64,000 nucleotides of DNA. Source: Eledone cirrhosa (taxonomy: Eukaryota). A model generated the notes under the pieces. That model ran no database searches and was not told the DNA's origin. It saw only the letters and a program-made list of their open reading frames with translations. The stretch lies in the NCBI GenBank assembly GCA_964016885.1, contig OZ024743.1, positions 43,338,001 through 43,402,000 of the forward strand, given 5' to 3'. The position numbers were made by a program, and so were the translations under genes. Positions 22,544 through 36,243 of this stretch are shown piece after piece. Every line of letters begins with the position of its first letter. Position 1 is the stretch's first letter.

Positions 22544-24889
22544 CAATATTGGTGGACTTGCCAGTTTAGTCGCCGACGACCCGACCATGTATCATGTACT
22601 GGATATACATGTCACCAGTAGATCACAAAACTGACCTCACATATCAGACATGCATATATGTACATATTTTTGTAATTTAATATATATTTATGTGGGTATA
22701 TCTTTCATGTTTTAACTTCCATCTTTTCTTTTAAAATAAATGTTAAACAATTTACATTTTAACATTTCAAATCTTGTTATCTAGCTAAGAGAAGGAGAAC
22801 GCCAATATCACCCAATGTTGTTGAAAGGTTTTATAAATATTAATGTCGCTAACAAATATATGTCATATTATTTCATTCATTTATTTATTTATTTATTTTA
22901 TAGAAATTCCACATTAGGATTTAGAAATTCAAAGAAAATATGCATTACTTGACCAGCTACTTATAGTGAACCGATATCGGAAGATTTTAATTGTTGCAGA
23001 TGAAACGAGCAGACATTCCCACGTATTTTAAACACCCATATACGGTCTTCTATATTGAAGCACACTTTGGCTATACATTATAAAGAAAGCAGATCCTATT
23101 CAATATAAGCTTATTATTTTATATGAATCCATAAATAAAATCACAGTTTGAATATGTAATTACTTTGGTTCTAATACAAAATCATAATGAAATTGACATT
23201 TAATGTTACATTAATTATATTCAATACATATTCCTTTAGATTATAGTAAAACAAGGTTATAAAATACATATGCCGAGTCTTCTTCATGATATATATTTTA
23301 TTTTATGTTTATCGCCTTGTACTTAATCATTTTTCATCTCATGATCCCTAATCTATTACCACAAATTCTCTGACGTTTCATGTTATTTTGTAAGCTCCCT
23401 CTATTTTGTCTTATTTTTATAATGCCTCCCTAGTAATTGTTCGGTCTTATGTAAAATTGCCCATTGTCAAATATCATTTTCTAGCGAAACCACGAAATAT
23501 TTACAATTAAGGAATCCGCACGCATATATACTATGTTAACTGAAAGAGATACTCCTTTCAGAGCTTTACACACAGTAGCTGGACTTTGAACCAGATATGT
23601 TGTATTACTCTAAACAGGTTCTATTATTCTTTTTGTATCAGTATGACCTCCTAAGGATAACATGCAATCCAGAATAATTCACTCTCCAATTTAATGAATG
23701 TTTATATGCTTCCGTGTGCAAGAACGATGGAATTTTACTGAGAAATGTTAATATGTTAGTAACAGCATCTGGCTCGCTTGATCTTTTTTCCATGGTTGAG
23801 GATCACAATCCCGAATTCATGTCTATAAGCGTTTGGTTAAATTTAATAAAATAAAAATTATTATTCACTAAAATGAAATTATATGATATGATAATTTTAT
23901 TGGTCAACTGTATAATTGCAGAGAGAGTAATAACAAAATGCTAATACATATACATATCAACATTTTGTAAAGAATAACTTGTATGGACGGAGTTAAGATA
24001 TATTAAGAGTTCTTATAACTTTCAAAATGATAGGAAAAACGTATCTACAAAGAGTGTCAGTCTCATAAGAAGTGGGTTATATGTGTTGCTCTTTTTTCTC
24101 GACTTATCCATTAAATAAAAAATAAAAGGATATTACGAACAATCATATACACTTATTGCACTGTACACTTGGTTAACGTGTTATATATTTCGTTTTTAGG
24201 TTTTACATTGTGAGGATGTTACTGTGTGACTCTTTCTTTTTGCGTTAATCATAGACGTGATGTGATTTTCTATTTTTATAGACAAGTGACAAATTTCATG
24301 ACAGCTAATACATTAATGTTTAATGAAGTGGCATTTCTATTATACAAATTGTTTGATATACCATCTAATATTGCTTAGCATTGATCATATTAGAGTATTA
24401 ATCATTAATAACATATATATTAAGAATTATGCTGGGTCTGTAGATGTGCGGCTGATATATCTACTTACGTTGAACTTTGGTGAGTATAATATATCGTATT
24501 TTTTAATGTATTTGAACATGAAATGCATTAGTGCATAAAGTGTTTATATATGGATATTGCCTGATCCTCTTACTAGTGTATATAATATTAGTTTGAATTG
24601 AAATTATATGATATTTATACAAGATGGAGTTGGAAATGTCCTGCCTCATTAAATAGGAGACCAACGTTACATGTAGAGAAAATAACAGGACTCTTTGAAG
24701 TAAAATAGAAAAAAATGAAATTAGACTATCTGAATGATAAGGATTGCAGGAACTATAACTGCCTGGCCATTGACAATTGCTTCAATATATTCGTGATTTT
24801 AATTATAAATATTTTGTATAATAAAAATTATCATTATGATGATAATAATAATAATAATGAAATTATTGTGTACAGTGCTCAGGTGCACT

Positions 24890-25815
24890 ACAAGTTATCA
24901 AAGGTACATGTATAGTACATAGAATAATGTACAAATGTGAGGAAAATGAACAGTGTACGAGTCATGAAATACAGTGTGTGTGTGTATGGAGGGGGGATGT
25001 CAGGTGTAGTGATGGTGAATCTCAGGAAGCACGGAGGTTTTAAAGGATGCAGTGTGTCGACAGCTAACAGCTGATGCAGGTATATTGTTCCATGCTTCAG
25101 CAACTCTGAGCTTGAAATATGTTTTGGAAAGTCATGGGAGCTGTGCTGTTTTCTGACTTTGTAGGCATGTGTTAGACACATGGAAATCTAAAAGGTGCTC
25201 AGGGCCGTTGGCAAGATGGTTATTAATGTTGTGGTTGTTTACCAAGTCAGTTGCCAGACGTCGGTACTTCAATGTATCCATGCCAAGGGAAGCAAGGCGT
25301 TCAGAGTAGGGAAGATGCTTGATGGAAGGTATTCGCTTGGTTGCATGTCTCTGACCAGTTTCCAGGTGGTCAATGTGCTGAGCAAGATAGGGGTGGCCAT
25401 ACCATAGCTATATACAGCTTTAAATAGATAGCTGGAGAGCGGCTAACAAAGGTATTGCTGAGTGACACTAAGTCATCCTCAGCCTTCTTGACAATTTTAG
25501 AGACTTGCTTCGTCCAATGTAAGTCGCTGCTGACAGTAATGCCCAGGTCACGTTCACAAGAAGACTTCTTGATATTAGTGCTGCGGAGGGAGTATTAGGA
25601 CACTGGGTGTTTATTCCCAAAATGCATGATAGTACACATGTCCACAGCAAACTTGAGTTGCCAGTCCGTGATCCATTGTTGCATTGTGGCAGGTCAGATT
25701 GCAGGAAAGAACTATAGTGTTCAGAAACTATCATTTTCATCTCAAGGTACAGCTTGATGGCATCTGCATATTTCAGTACTCTGGCATTCTTTATGTTGGC
25801 ATCTATGTCATTAAT
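24890..25815 (-). mobile_element. Degenerate CR1/L2-group LINE 3' fragment
   Basis: INDID..IKNARVLKYADAIKLY...LQSDL (decayed YADD region) followed by decayed C-terminal sequence. Confidence 0.65.
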
Positions 25816-26293
25816 ATTTGCAGTTTTACGAAATATTTGGCATAATGATACGTATACACTGATACGCATGTAATTTCCCAATATCCAATTGTTACACATT
25901 TGATCCCAGGACGCTCTGGATTGTTTCTAAGTAATTGTCTTTCAATACGTACGCTGTTAACACAATTAACGTGAATTCATAAGGAAGGTATATTAATGAG
26001 ATGTACTAAAAACAGAAGAAATCTATATGTATGACAATCATCGTATCATAATATTCAAAACAGAGGTATATGTATAATACTCATACATATAACAGAAAGG
26101 GCGTATTGTCCATATAATATTGATGTGGGATATACTACCTCGAGGGAGAAACCGAGAACACACTAAAGGTAGATTCTAAAATTCTCTCAAAGACAATCGG
26201 GGGCAACAATTAATGTAATGACAACGAAACAAGTAACTGAAAAGAAGTGAATCTTTTTCTCTGTACACTTAGTGGAAATAAAGGATTCTGATA

Positions 26294-26680
26294 GAGGCAC
26301 AAGGCCAACAATTTTGGGCGAGAGTAAAGTCGATTAAATCGACTCCAGTACGTTACTGGTACTTTATTCTATCGACCCTATAATGATGAAAGTCAAAGCT
26401 AACCTCAGCGGGATTTGAACTCAGAACCTAAAGAGCCATTACTCTATGCTGAAAAGCATGGTGTATGACGCTCTACCGATTCTGCAAATCCACCGTCCTT
26501 AGTAGAAATAATTGTTACTACTTTTGGCACAAGGCCAGCAATTATTCAGTGTATTACTGGTTCTTTATTTTATCGACGCCGTAAAGATGAAAAGCAAAGT
26601 TAACCTCGGCGGGATTTGAACTCATAACATTAAGGGACGTAGCTATTTGATATAAATATGGCGTCAGACCCTCTACCGAT
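26294..26680 (-). mobile_element. Two tandem SINE copies
   Basis: aggcacaaggcc...ttactggtactttat...ggatttgaactca twice. Confidence 0.8.
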
Positions 26681-26827
26681 ACCTGAAATATCTTTGAACA
26701 AGAAACTGTAAAATGTAAAATAACCTGTTGATACAAATGATAGAATAAAGCTCTGATTGTGATAATATACGGAGGATCATTCTGTTTATTTACCTTATTC
26801 TATCTAAATTATATTATTAAAAAAATC

Positions 26828-27012
26828 TGTGGATTGGCAGTATCAGTAGAGGGTCGGACGCCATGCTTTCCAGCATAGTTACGTCCCTTTACGATCTGAG
26901 TTCAAATCCCGCCGAGGTTGACTTTGCCTTTCATCCTTACGGGGTTGATAAAATAAAGTACCAGTAATGCACTGCGTAATTGCTGGCCTTGTGCCTAAAG
27001 TAGAAACAATTA
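26828..27012 (+). mobile_element. Near full-length SINE
   Basis: ttggcagtatcagtagag (A box), gagttcaaatcc (B box), central domain, agtagaaacaatt end. Confidence 0.85.
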
Positions 27013-27146
27013 TCGAAACAATTTATCCCTTTTATGGGAAACGAAAGCATCATGAATATTTTAGCGCGTATTGAATAATTCCTACAATTTAGTCTATGAT
27101 TGAGCATATTAAGTCACAAACACACCATAATATATATATGTACATA

Positions 27147-27192
<46 letters not shown>

Positions 27193-29868
27193 GCTAAGTG
27201 TGTATGCGCACATGTATGGGTGTTTGCGTGTGAGTGTGTATGGAAGAGGGAAACACATTGAAACATTACTTGATATAAAACCGAGTAATAATACATTAAA
27301 TAAAAGCTGAAATTTAATAGATTTTGCAGCTTCTCTCATCTGCTTGTCATTCATAAAAAACAGATACATAGCATAACAAACAATAGACTTATAAAATGCA
27401 GAAACATAAAATAATTGTTTCTACTTTTGGCACAAGGCCATCAATTATCCCAGTGCATTACTGGTAAAATAATACTTTGAATTATGTCTTACTATAAATC
27501 TCAAACATAAATCTAGTAATACTCTTCAAAATTCCTATTCACACATCACAGCTGCTATATATATATATAAATTAAATATTCATAATATAAGTTTTAGAAA
27601 TCACAAAATCACACCTAATTAAAATGTTCAAGCTTTATTGCAGCTAATGTTGTTGGTAGCCTAAAACATAATCTTGAAAATTATAAAACAGATTTAGACC
27701 CTTAACTATGAATGTATATTAATATTGAAGAAGTCTCTTTCAACACATGCTGCAGTATTGTTATAGACAAATATAAGCTGTATGTAAATATATTTACGTC
27801 AATAAAATATCTGAAGTAGATCTAAATTTAGTTGTCTATAGAATTTTTTATGAGAACAGCTGTCCATTTTCCTAAAACAAACATTCGTTCCGATATTTAA
27901 TCATCGAGTCTACGTTCATTATGAAAGAATTATATATAACGGTAAAGTTGATTCCAACATTTCTCTGCCAAACTATTCGACTAGCTATATATTTAGCACA
28001 GAGTCAATTTAAATATTTAATAACATTCTATCTATTCATCCCCCAATAATTTCATCTACTTCAATTCTCGTTGTCTGGAATCTCGAAAAAATAAAATACA
28101 TGGTATATTATTTCCCGAAAGGAATGTATCCTATATTGTTACGTTTGAAGTGTCTTTTATAATTTACGTTGTTTAATATGGAACTAAATTAACATAACAT
28201 CGTTGTAGTTGAGGGAAAAATAGTTATGTTAGCTTCCCTTCATAGCGAATGAATTTAAAATGAGGTGACGCTTTTTCGAGCCTATTGATGGCTATAGTGG
28301 AAGCTAATGTATAATTCATTAAGCATACATACAAATCATAACACACTGTTATATGCATTTAGTTTCAACATATTAGTATATCTTACAGATTTACAAATTA
28401 ATAATATCCTTATATTAGCGATAAGTGGTGGTGCTTAGCAGCGAGTCAAATACTTTACAACAAACAGAAGTACAGGTCATAGAATATTGACGTAAGTAAA
28501 CCTTTATATTTATATATTTTACAAAACTTTATCGTTTACAGTGTTTCGTCCCAATCTTCTATTATTTTATTGCGACAACAATCTATTGGACAGGTATTAC
28601 TAGCAAGTGCATTCTAATCGATAGTTAACATTTCCTAATAGATTGTTTTTTTGGAACTGGAGAGATAAGATATAGTTGTGTAGAAATGTTTTTAATGTTA
28701 TATTAATTTCTCGGATCAAAGTATATTTCATGATAATTTCTCCACAAATCTCTCTGAGAATTTCAGTATATCAAAATCTAAATATTGTCCTTCTTCATAT
28801 ATATTGCAATGCTTTCATTAATACAGTGCATTTACATTAAATATAGGAAAATTGTTCGTTATTTGGACGCAGCAATATGGCTATACGAACCTGCTGATAT
28901 AATATAGCCTGATAAGTATGCAACAACGTTGGAATGTTTGGGGGGACTGTCATTTACTATCATCTATTTGTAAACACTAATCTAAACATTCCAGGTAAAT
29001 TGATAATAAATGTGCACGGATTCTATCAATGGTTCCGTGTATTTCAATGGGGAAATAAAATAGAGCCTTTTGAGGATGTTCCGTGGGAGCTTGAATTGTT
29101 TCACTCAAAGGCCAAAACGCAATACAAATCAATTAGAGACTGAATAATCGTATCTTCTGAATTGTACTCAGCAGATAGATTGCTCGATGTAGTAGATTGC
29201 TCTATGTAGTAGATTGCTCTATGTAGTAGATTGTTCCATTAAAATAAGGCTGGCGTCAATTTCAATGATATGTCTCCTTAGACTAGCAATTTACGTAAAT
29301 ATTTCTATAACATAGTCATGAATTTAACGAAAGGTCTGTATAACAGAGAGTAATTTCACGAAATAACTAAATGATACTGAATGTATTTTAAATACAAGGT
29401 TACGTAAGAAACACATTATTGGTTTTCACATCATATACTACTGGCTATGTGTTTTGGAAATACGGATCATCGGGGATTCTTAAGAGATCGTAACACAACA
29501 TGAATTCTAAGAGTTTTGTATTGAAGGAAATGAAACCCATATTATTTTATCCAAATACTGCACACTGAAATCTATGATGCTAAACTAATGATTTTTCTAA
29601 TGCGTTGCGAACATTATGTTTGACACATTTCGTAATGGACGGTGGCTCTGTGCAATTGTATCATAGGGACTTACTCTAAGTGAGACAACTATCTGATTAT
29701 GATGTTACAGTGGTTTAGACATACTATTAATAATATATGAAAAAGGCTTTCTCAGGAAAACCCACCATTTGACGTAAAACGTAATAATGCTCACGCACAC
29801 GAACAAACACTTAAACACACACAGTCACACACACACAGTCACACACACACACACACGCACACACACAT

Positions 29869-29943
<75 letters not shown>

Positions 29944-29944
29944 T

Positions 29945-32369
29945 ATTTCTTTATTAGCCACAGGGGCACAAAAGAAGGGGACAAATACAAAGGGGGAAGT
30001 TTACATACAATAAAAACGTGTAAAATGTTATCACAGATGGAATTTAAAAGTTAGTCGATTTTCCCCAATAGAGGGAGACAGTTTATATGGGTAACACAGA
30101 CCCCCGAAAAAAATGTGCAACCCTCATCTCCAGGAGTACGAAGAGCTTGTACTCCTTTCCTCTCCTCCTCCTTTTCCTCAACCTACAGGCTGATATAGAG
30201 AGAAGGCCCATTCACTCGGGCCATTCTCGCCACTTTCACCCACCTTTCATAAAACTTGCTGGGGTACAGCACCTCTCTCTCCATCCTGATTCTTCTTCCA
30301 AAGTGGTATTTGAAAAAAAGAATCAGTTGTTGGCCGGAGAGAAAGGTGTCTGACCTCAGCCCTTTCAACCTTGTCCACCATACAACCTCTTTCGCCATAG
30401 CTATCACACAAAGGAAAACCGCCTCTCCTTCGTTTTTGAAGGAGGGTGGCGGTTTGATCATGACAATGGACTCGGTGGTCAACTGGATTGGTCCCACCCG
30501 CGACAATAGTCGTTCCACATAGCCCCACAGGTCAGTGACGCCCGGGCAGTGTATGAATGCGTGCGCGACGGTTTCTTCGTCTCGCACGCACCTCGGACAG
30601 ATCTTTTTTGCAGGGTCCCTGCCCGGGCGCCCATGTCTGTAGAGCTTGTCTCGAGCTGGTAGAGCTCCTCGGTAGCACTGCCAGGCCAGGGACTTTTGGA
30701 AGTTGTCCATCGGTCCCGGGCGGAAGGTCCTACCGAACAGACTGGCCAGTTCATCTTCCTCCACGCCTAGAGTTTCACCGAGCGCGTCGTCGCACTTGCT
30801 GCGGACCAACCCTCTATAGAATGACGAAGTGGAGTCTCCACTGATCGCCGGGTCCGCCTGCCAGAGGGCTGTGAGCGCCTGAGCACATTCGATGTGCCAG
30901 TCGCCCATTTTCCTCGGTCTCTGCTTGACCCAGGACTGCAGCTCGGTCAGCGAGACGAGTCGTGGGAAGGCTCGCCTCACGAACGGGGCCCACACCGGTT
31001 GTCCGGTGAGGAATACGTAGAGATGCCGCAGCCTGAGCGCGTGTTTGCGCATCGTCAACCACGGCATCCCCAGCCCTCCGTTAGAAGGGTGTTGGCAGCA
31101 GATGGATCTTCTTACCAAAGGAGCCCGCCTCTTCCAAAGGAATCGGAAGAGGGCGCGCTCCATTTTGGCGAGCGTTTTGGCTGGACAAGGCACGACGGTC
31201 AAGCGGTAGTAGATGGCGGACGCTATAAAAGTGTTCGCCACCTCCGCTCGACCTTTCAAGGATAGTTTGCACTCGGCCCACTTCTGGGTGAGTGCAAACA
31301 CCTTGGCCGTCACTTCGTTCCAGTTCTTCTCCACCTGGAGGTCCGGACCAAACCAGACCCCGAGCAGCTTTACCGGTCCTTCCGTCCAGCGTCCGACGAC
31401 GCCATCGGAAGGCATCGGTCTGCCTCTCCACGATCCGAGTTGCAAACCGATGGACTTGTCCCGGTTCAGCTTCGCTCCTGTGAGACTTTCGTATTCCTTT
31501 AGTAAGGTGCCGACTTCCTCGATTTGCGAGGCGCTCGACACCATTACTGTCACGTCGTCGGCGTAGGCCGACGCCGCTTTCCGCAGTCCCGGTTCCAGAG
31601 GGATGCCCTGCAATAGCTCCAGCTTCCGCAGTAGTGGCTCGAGAGTCAGTACGTACAGAAGGGAGGAGAGAGGGCATCCCTGTCGAATGGATCGCGTAAT
31701 ATGGAACGGCTCCGAGAGGTAACCGTTCACCTTGACCCTTGAGCAGATGTTGCTGTTGTGCATTGCAGCAATCCAGCCCCTGAACACGGGTCCGAAGCCT
31801 GCCGCCTCGAGCACCGCATCCAGGTAACGATGGTCAACCCTATCGAAAGCCTTAGACTGATCCAAGTTGATCAGGGCCCCACCGAAGCCGGGTTTACACC
31901 CTACCCTCTCTATGATGTATCGCATGAGGTGGAGGTTGTCGTGTATGGACCTGGTCGGGATCGCGCATGTCTGCGCTTCTCCCACCAGGTTCTCGACGAC
32001 AAGCGCCAGCCTCTTTGCCAACACCTTGGCCAAAATCTGTAACTCTGTGTTTAGCAGAGTTATGGGCCGGAAGTTGCCTATGTCATCCCCCTTATTCTCG
32101 TCCTTCCTGATTAGTGTGACCACGCCCCCGGTTACAGAATTGGGAATTCTCCCGTTCTGTTGCCAGTTGCAGTAGACCGCTTCCAGGAGACCGGAGAATA
32201 AGTCCGGCATTGCTACGTAAAATTCGTAGGGTAGACCGTCGAGACCTGGAGATTTGCGTTTGCCGCATTGGCTCAGCGCGTCCCCTATCTCAGTGGCTGA
32301 AATCGGCTTTTCGCAGAACTTCGCCTCGCTGTCCGAGAGTCGCGGTAGGCCGTCGAGGTATGGACCGAA
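29945..32369 (-). mobile_element. 5'-truncated Tx1 (L1-group) LINE inserted in (GATA)n
   Basis: Uninterrupted ORF2, short 3' UTR ending aataaagaaat; (tagа)n-type repeats at 29869-29941 and 32370-32407. Confidence 0.9.
30183..32369 (-). CDS. Tx1-like ORF2 fragment: RT + C-terminal CCHC knuckle (5'-truncated, open)
   Basis: KSPGLDGLPYEFY, NFRPITLLN, LDQSKAFDRVDH, RQGCPLS, YADD, CPRC..EETVAHAFIHC; frame stays open upstream of the ORF-track start to the junction. Confidence 0.88.
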   Translation of the reverse strand, partial: FGPYLDGLPRLSDSEAKFCEKPISATEIGDALSQCGKRKSPGLDGLPYEFYVAMPDLFSGLLEAVYCNWQQNGRIPNSVTGGVVTLIRKDENKGDDIGNFRPITLLNTELQILAKVLAKRLALVVENLVGEAQTCAIPTRSIHDNLHLMRYIIERVGCKPGFGGALINLDQSKAFDRVDHRYLDAVLEAAGFGPVFRGWIAAMHNSNICSRVKVNGYLSEPFHITRSIRQGCPLSSLLYVLTLEPLLRKLELLQGIPLEPGLRKAASAYADDVTVMVSSASQIEEVGTLLKEYESLTGAKLNRDKSIGLQLGSWRGRPMPSDGVVGRWTEGPVKLLGVWFGPDLQVEKNWNEVTAKVFALTQKWAECKLSLKGRAEVANTFIASAIYYRLTVVPCPAKTLAKMERALFRFLWKRRAPLVRRSICCQHPSNGGLGMPWLTMRKHALRLRHLYVFLTGQPVWAPFVRRAFPRLVSLTELQSWVKQRPRKMGDWHIECAQALTALWQADPAISGDSTSSFYRGLVRSKCDDALGETLGVEEDELASLFGRTFRPGPMDNFQKSLAWQCYRGALPARDKLYRHGRPGRDPAKKICPRCVRDEETVAHAFIHCPGVTDLWGYVERLLSRVGPIQLTTESIVMIKPPPSFKNEGEAVFLCVIAMAKEVVWWTRLKGLRSDTFLSGQQLILFFKYHFGRRIRMEREVLYPSKFYERWVKVARMARVNGPSLYISL

Positions 32370-32612
32370 TAGATAGATAGATAGATAGATAGATAGACAG
32401 ATAGATACATTAATGAGACATTAGACCAATGATGGAAAACTGAAATATAAATTTATTCAATATATTTCTGTTATATATATATATTTCTACAGCAAAGCAA
32501 AGGAATAAAACACAAGAATGTGTTTGCTGTCCTCAATTTTATATTGAGATATTTAGAAATATATTCAAATATACGTTCAGTCATATAGGTGCTGGGAAAC
32601 TATCAGACACAT

Positions 32613-32801
<189 letters not shown>

Positions 32802-32838
32802 CATATATATATATATATTTATTAAAATAACAGATTAA

Positions 32839-32889
32839 AGTTTAAGCAAAGAATCGCTGCTTTCACCCTTAACGGGATCTTCTGAAACT
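32839..32889 (-). ncRNA. Type I hammerhead-like ribozyme (family B), CAGAAGA core
   Basis: AGTTT-CAGAAGA-tCCC gttaa GGGt-GAA-AGCAG cgattct TTGCT-T-AAACT. Confidence 0.65.
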
Positions 32890-33809
32890 AACAAAGTCAA
32901 TCTGTAAACGCAGAACTGGATATTTCAAAAAACGTTGCAACCGGAGGAAGACAGGAAGACGATACTTTGGTTCGTGGTAACGTTCGCTGGCAAAGAACGG
33001 GAAAAAACGAATAATACGTCATTAATAGGAGCGGTGAAAACAATTACGCGCAAAGATAGAACCACGTTTATGGTATAAAAGAGGTCGTAGACTAATGTTC
33101 TCTTAGGTGGTGCATAGAGACGTTCTCTGGCAATGAATGATAAAAAAGAAAATAATAAGTCATATGTGGAGCGTGGAGAACAATAGCACGCAAAGACAAA
33201 ACCACGTAAATGGTATAGCAGAAGTCGTAGACTAAAATTCTAACTAGGAGACCAAATGAATCTCCGCTACAGAGTTAAGAACAAAGTAAATAAATACAAT
33301 ACAGAAGTAATAGAAACAAATAAATACATACACGCAAACAGATACGTACATACACAAGCATACGCAAAACCTTACCATAGGTATACAAAACCACGCACAT
33401 ATAAATATGTGTGTGTGTATGCTTGTGTACAAATAAATAAATAATTATATAAACGTATATAAGTAAATAAATACGTATATAACAAGCGCACACGCATACC
33501 TACATATAAATACACGAATGTTCGGAGACGTAAGTCAACTAAAACAAGAGGTACACATATACACACAGCCACCATACGTACGAACCTGCATAGTCACGCA
33601 GACGCAAAACACCCGTATACACATAGCCAAACCCTAAATACCAGGATATGTAAAAATTATACGCCATGACAGTCAAATATACGTACGAGAAGGTACCTTC
33701 ACAAAACATACGGGTAATATATACTTACCTATGCAAATAAGTAAAGGAATAAACAAAACATATACTTAGCTCCCACATCAAGACGTAAAATATCCACGTA
33801 TCGATCGTG

Positions 33810-35798
33810 TTATCCGTTAGGGTATAACGTGGGGCTGTAATACAGGAAAGTTTTGTGCAATTTATGTTTACAAGCCGAAATTGCCTCAGATTTTTTGTTT
33901 AAGATGTGGTCTTTGGCGTAGAGTATTTCCAGGGCCTCAGCGGCGCAGAGGTCACATGGTCTTTTATTTCCGCTATACGATCTAGCCCTAGCTATGATCT
34001 CCCAGTGTAACTTATATTGGGTGTGGTTGTCTTTTAGACTCCAGATATAAGCTGAAAGTGACGTCACATTCCTTCTTAGAGGGTAACGAAAAGAATGGGT
34101 ATGCATGTAAAGACGCTGCTTGAAACTATTGGCGGTTAACCCTATGTAGTCCCTACGGGACGTGGGTGTTACAACCTTACAATTGTAGACAATGTTACTA
34201 GAGAGGCATTTCCCGGATAGGCAATCAGCCTGATTCCTACAATTACAGTTAGTACTAACTACAGGGTTGCACGTGTTCCTACGGCTAGGTAGTTTAGCTA
34301 AATTTGAAGCTGTGATGTTATGTGCAAGGTTAGGAGTCGTAGAGTAAGGAATTGTAATAGTATTTCTATTAAAAATGTTACTATATTTATGTGTAGGGGG
34401 AAAATGCTTCGAAATAAGGGAAAGAAAGATCTTAGCTAATGGTGTGGCCACCTCCATATTATATGGTGGGTTAAACCAACAAATGCGACGGGATCTATTT
34501 CTTATAGGTCTATTTTCGTACTCTGTATATGCTACCTTATCGACAAATCCACTTCGAGCAACAGCTTCATTGTAATAAGTGGAATGGTTGTTGAAAATGC
34601 GCTCGTTGGTGGAAAGACGGGAAAGCCTCAACGAAACGTTTCTTACCAGGTTCCTGGTTATGCTGGCAGGATGGTTGGAATGCTTACTTATGTAATTAAG
34701 CGTATCATTCGGCTTTCTATACGGGTAATACAACCCATTCAATAAATTGAGGGTAACGTCGAGGTAATTAACGACCGAGAGATTGGCCTCAACCTGTATA
34801 GAGAGGTTGAAGCCTTTAAAGAAGGCTGTGAGTTCTTTTCTGAACCTGTCGCAAGCACGAGGTCCGCACTTAGTCATGGTCAAATGACCATCGTCACGGT
34901 ACAAACCACTGCCCGCGTTGGGGAATTCGTCCTTGATAGAGAAAAGAAGGAAAAGCCCAATAAGATCAGTAACCTCCGCAGAGTCACTGGCGCCCATACT
35001 CTCGTCGAATGGGGTACTATTGGATTTTTTAATCCAAATAGAGTCGTCGAAATTAATCACCGACTTTCGGGCATTAAGGATGACATCAACTTCAAAATCC
35101 TTAACCACTGTGAGTGTTTTAGCGAAATTGATAGCTCTAAGGAGAAGTGGTAAAGTGATGGAGGAGTAGTAATTGTTGATGTCGAATTGGATAAAACGGC
35201 AATGTTCCTTGTTACATATGCCGTTGAACCAATCAATCACCGCGAAAGAATTGTTCCACAGTGCGAGAGGGGCCAAACTTCTAATTTCAGGTATAATTCT
35301 ATCAAGAATCGTTTTACTAAGTCTACCTAAATCGGACTTCGTAGGGTTAATAAGCTGAATAGAGGGGTTGTTCGGAAAATTGGATTTGTGATCCTTCAGG
35401 GTAAAGTGGGGAGAGATAGGGTCCAGAGGTTCGGTCCGGTCCAGGATGTTGAGATCAGATGTGATTTTAAACCCAGCATCGTTGATTTCATTGATGACGC
35501 ACCGATTAGTTTTACGGTAATCCTTAGTTACAGCATTATGTAGTAGTTGATGGTAAGTACTGCGCTCCACTTGATATAGGTTGCCAGTTTTGTCGGAATG
35601 GACGTGCACGGCGTTAGAATCCTTAATAGAACGAATTCTATTCTTCAAGTCTTGCTGGAAGGAATTGCTCCTATTCCGAAATTTGATATTCCGAATGAGT
35701 TCCAAGACATAATTTTCGAAGGGTAGCAATGCTGGGTTCCACGGAGGGTTATTATAGGTTTTAAATCCAAATTTATCCTGTTTGTTGTCTGCTTTTCG
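33810..35798 (-). pseudogene. Family B RT-GIY-YIG ORF, duplicated 5'-truncated copy
   Basis: Same translation as 36244-38265 from RKADNKQ on; upstream part of the ORF-track call is 3' UTR sequence. Confidence 0.85.
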
Positions 35799-36243
35799 CA
35801 AAACCTTACCATAGGTATACAAAACCACGCACATATAAATATGTGTGTGTGTATGCTTGTGTACAAATAAATAAATAATTATATAAACGTATATAAGTAA
35901 ATAAATACGTATATAACAAGCGCACACGCATACCTACATATAAATACACGAATGTTCGGAGACGTAAGTCAACTAAAACAAGAGGTACACATATACACAC
36001 AGCCACCATACGTACGAACCTGCATAGTCACGCAGACGCAAAACACCCGTATACACATAGCCAAACCCTAAATACCAGGATATGTAAAAATTATACGCCA
36101 TGACAGTCAAATATACGTACGAGAAGGTACCTTCACAAAACATACGGGTAATATATACTTACCTATGCAAATAAGTAAAGGAATAAACAAAACATATACT
36201 TAGCTCCCACATCAAGACGTAAAATATCCACGTATCGATCGTG

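Noticed and set aside
26828-26915. tRNA gene
   Set aside because: A/B boxes belong to the SINE head; no cloverleaf, and it continues into the SINE body
29172-29236. Short tandem repeat agattgctctatgtagt as CRISPR-like array
   Set aside because: Head-to-tail 17-nt minisatellite without spacers, in eukaryotic DNA
35799-35927. N-terminus of the 705-aa ORF call
   Set aside because: Chance in-frame read of duplicated 3' UTR across the duplication junction
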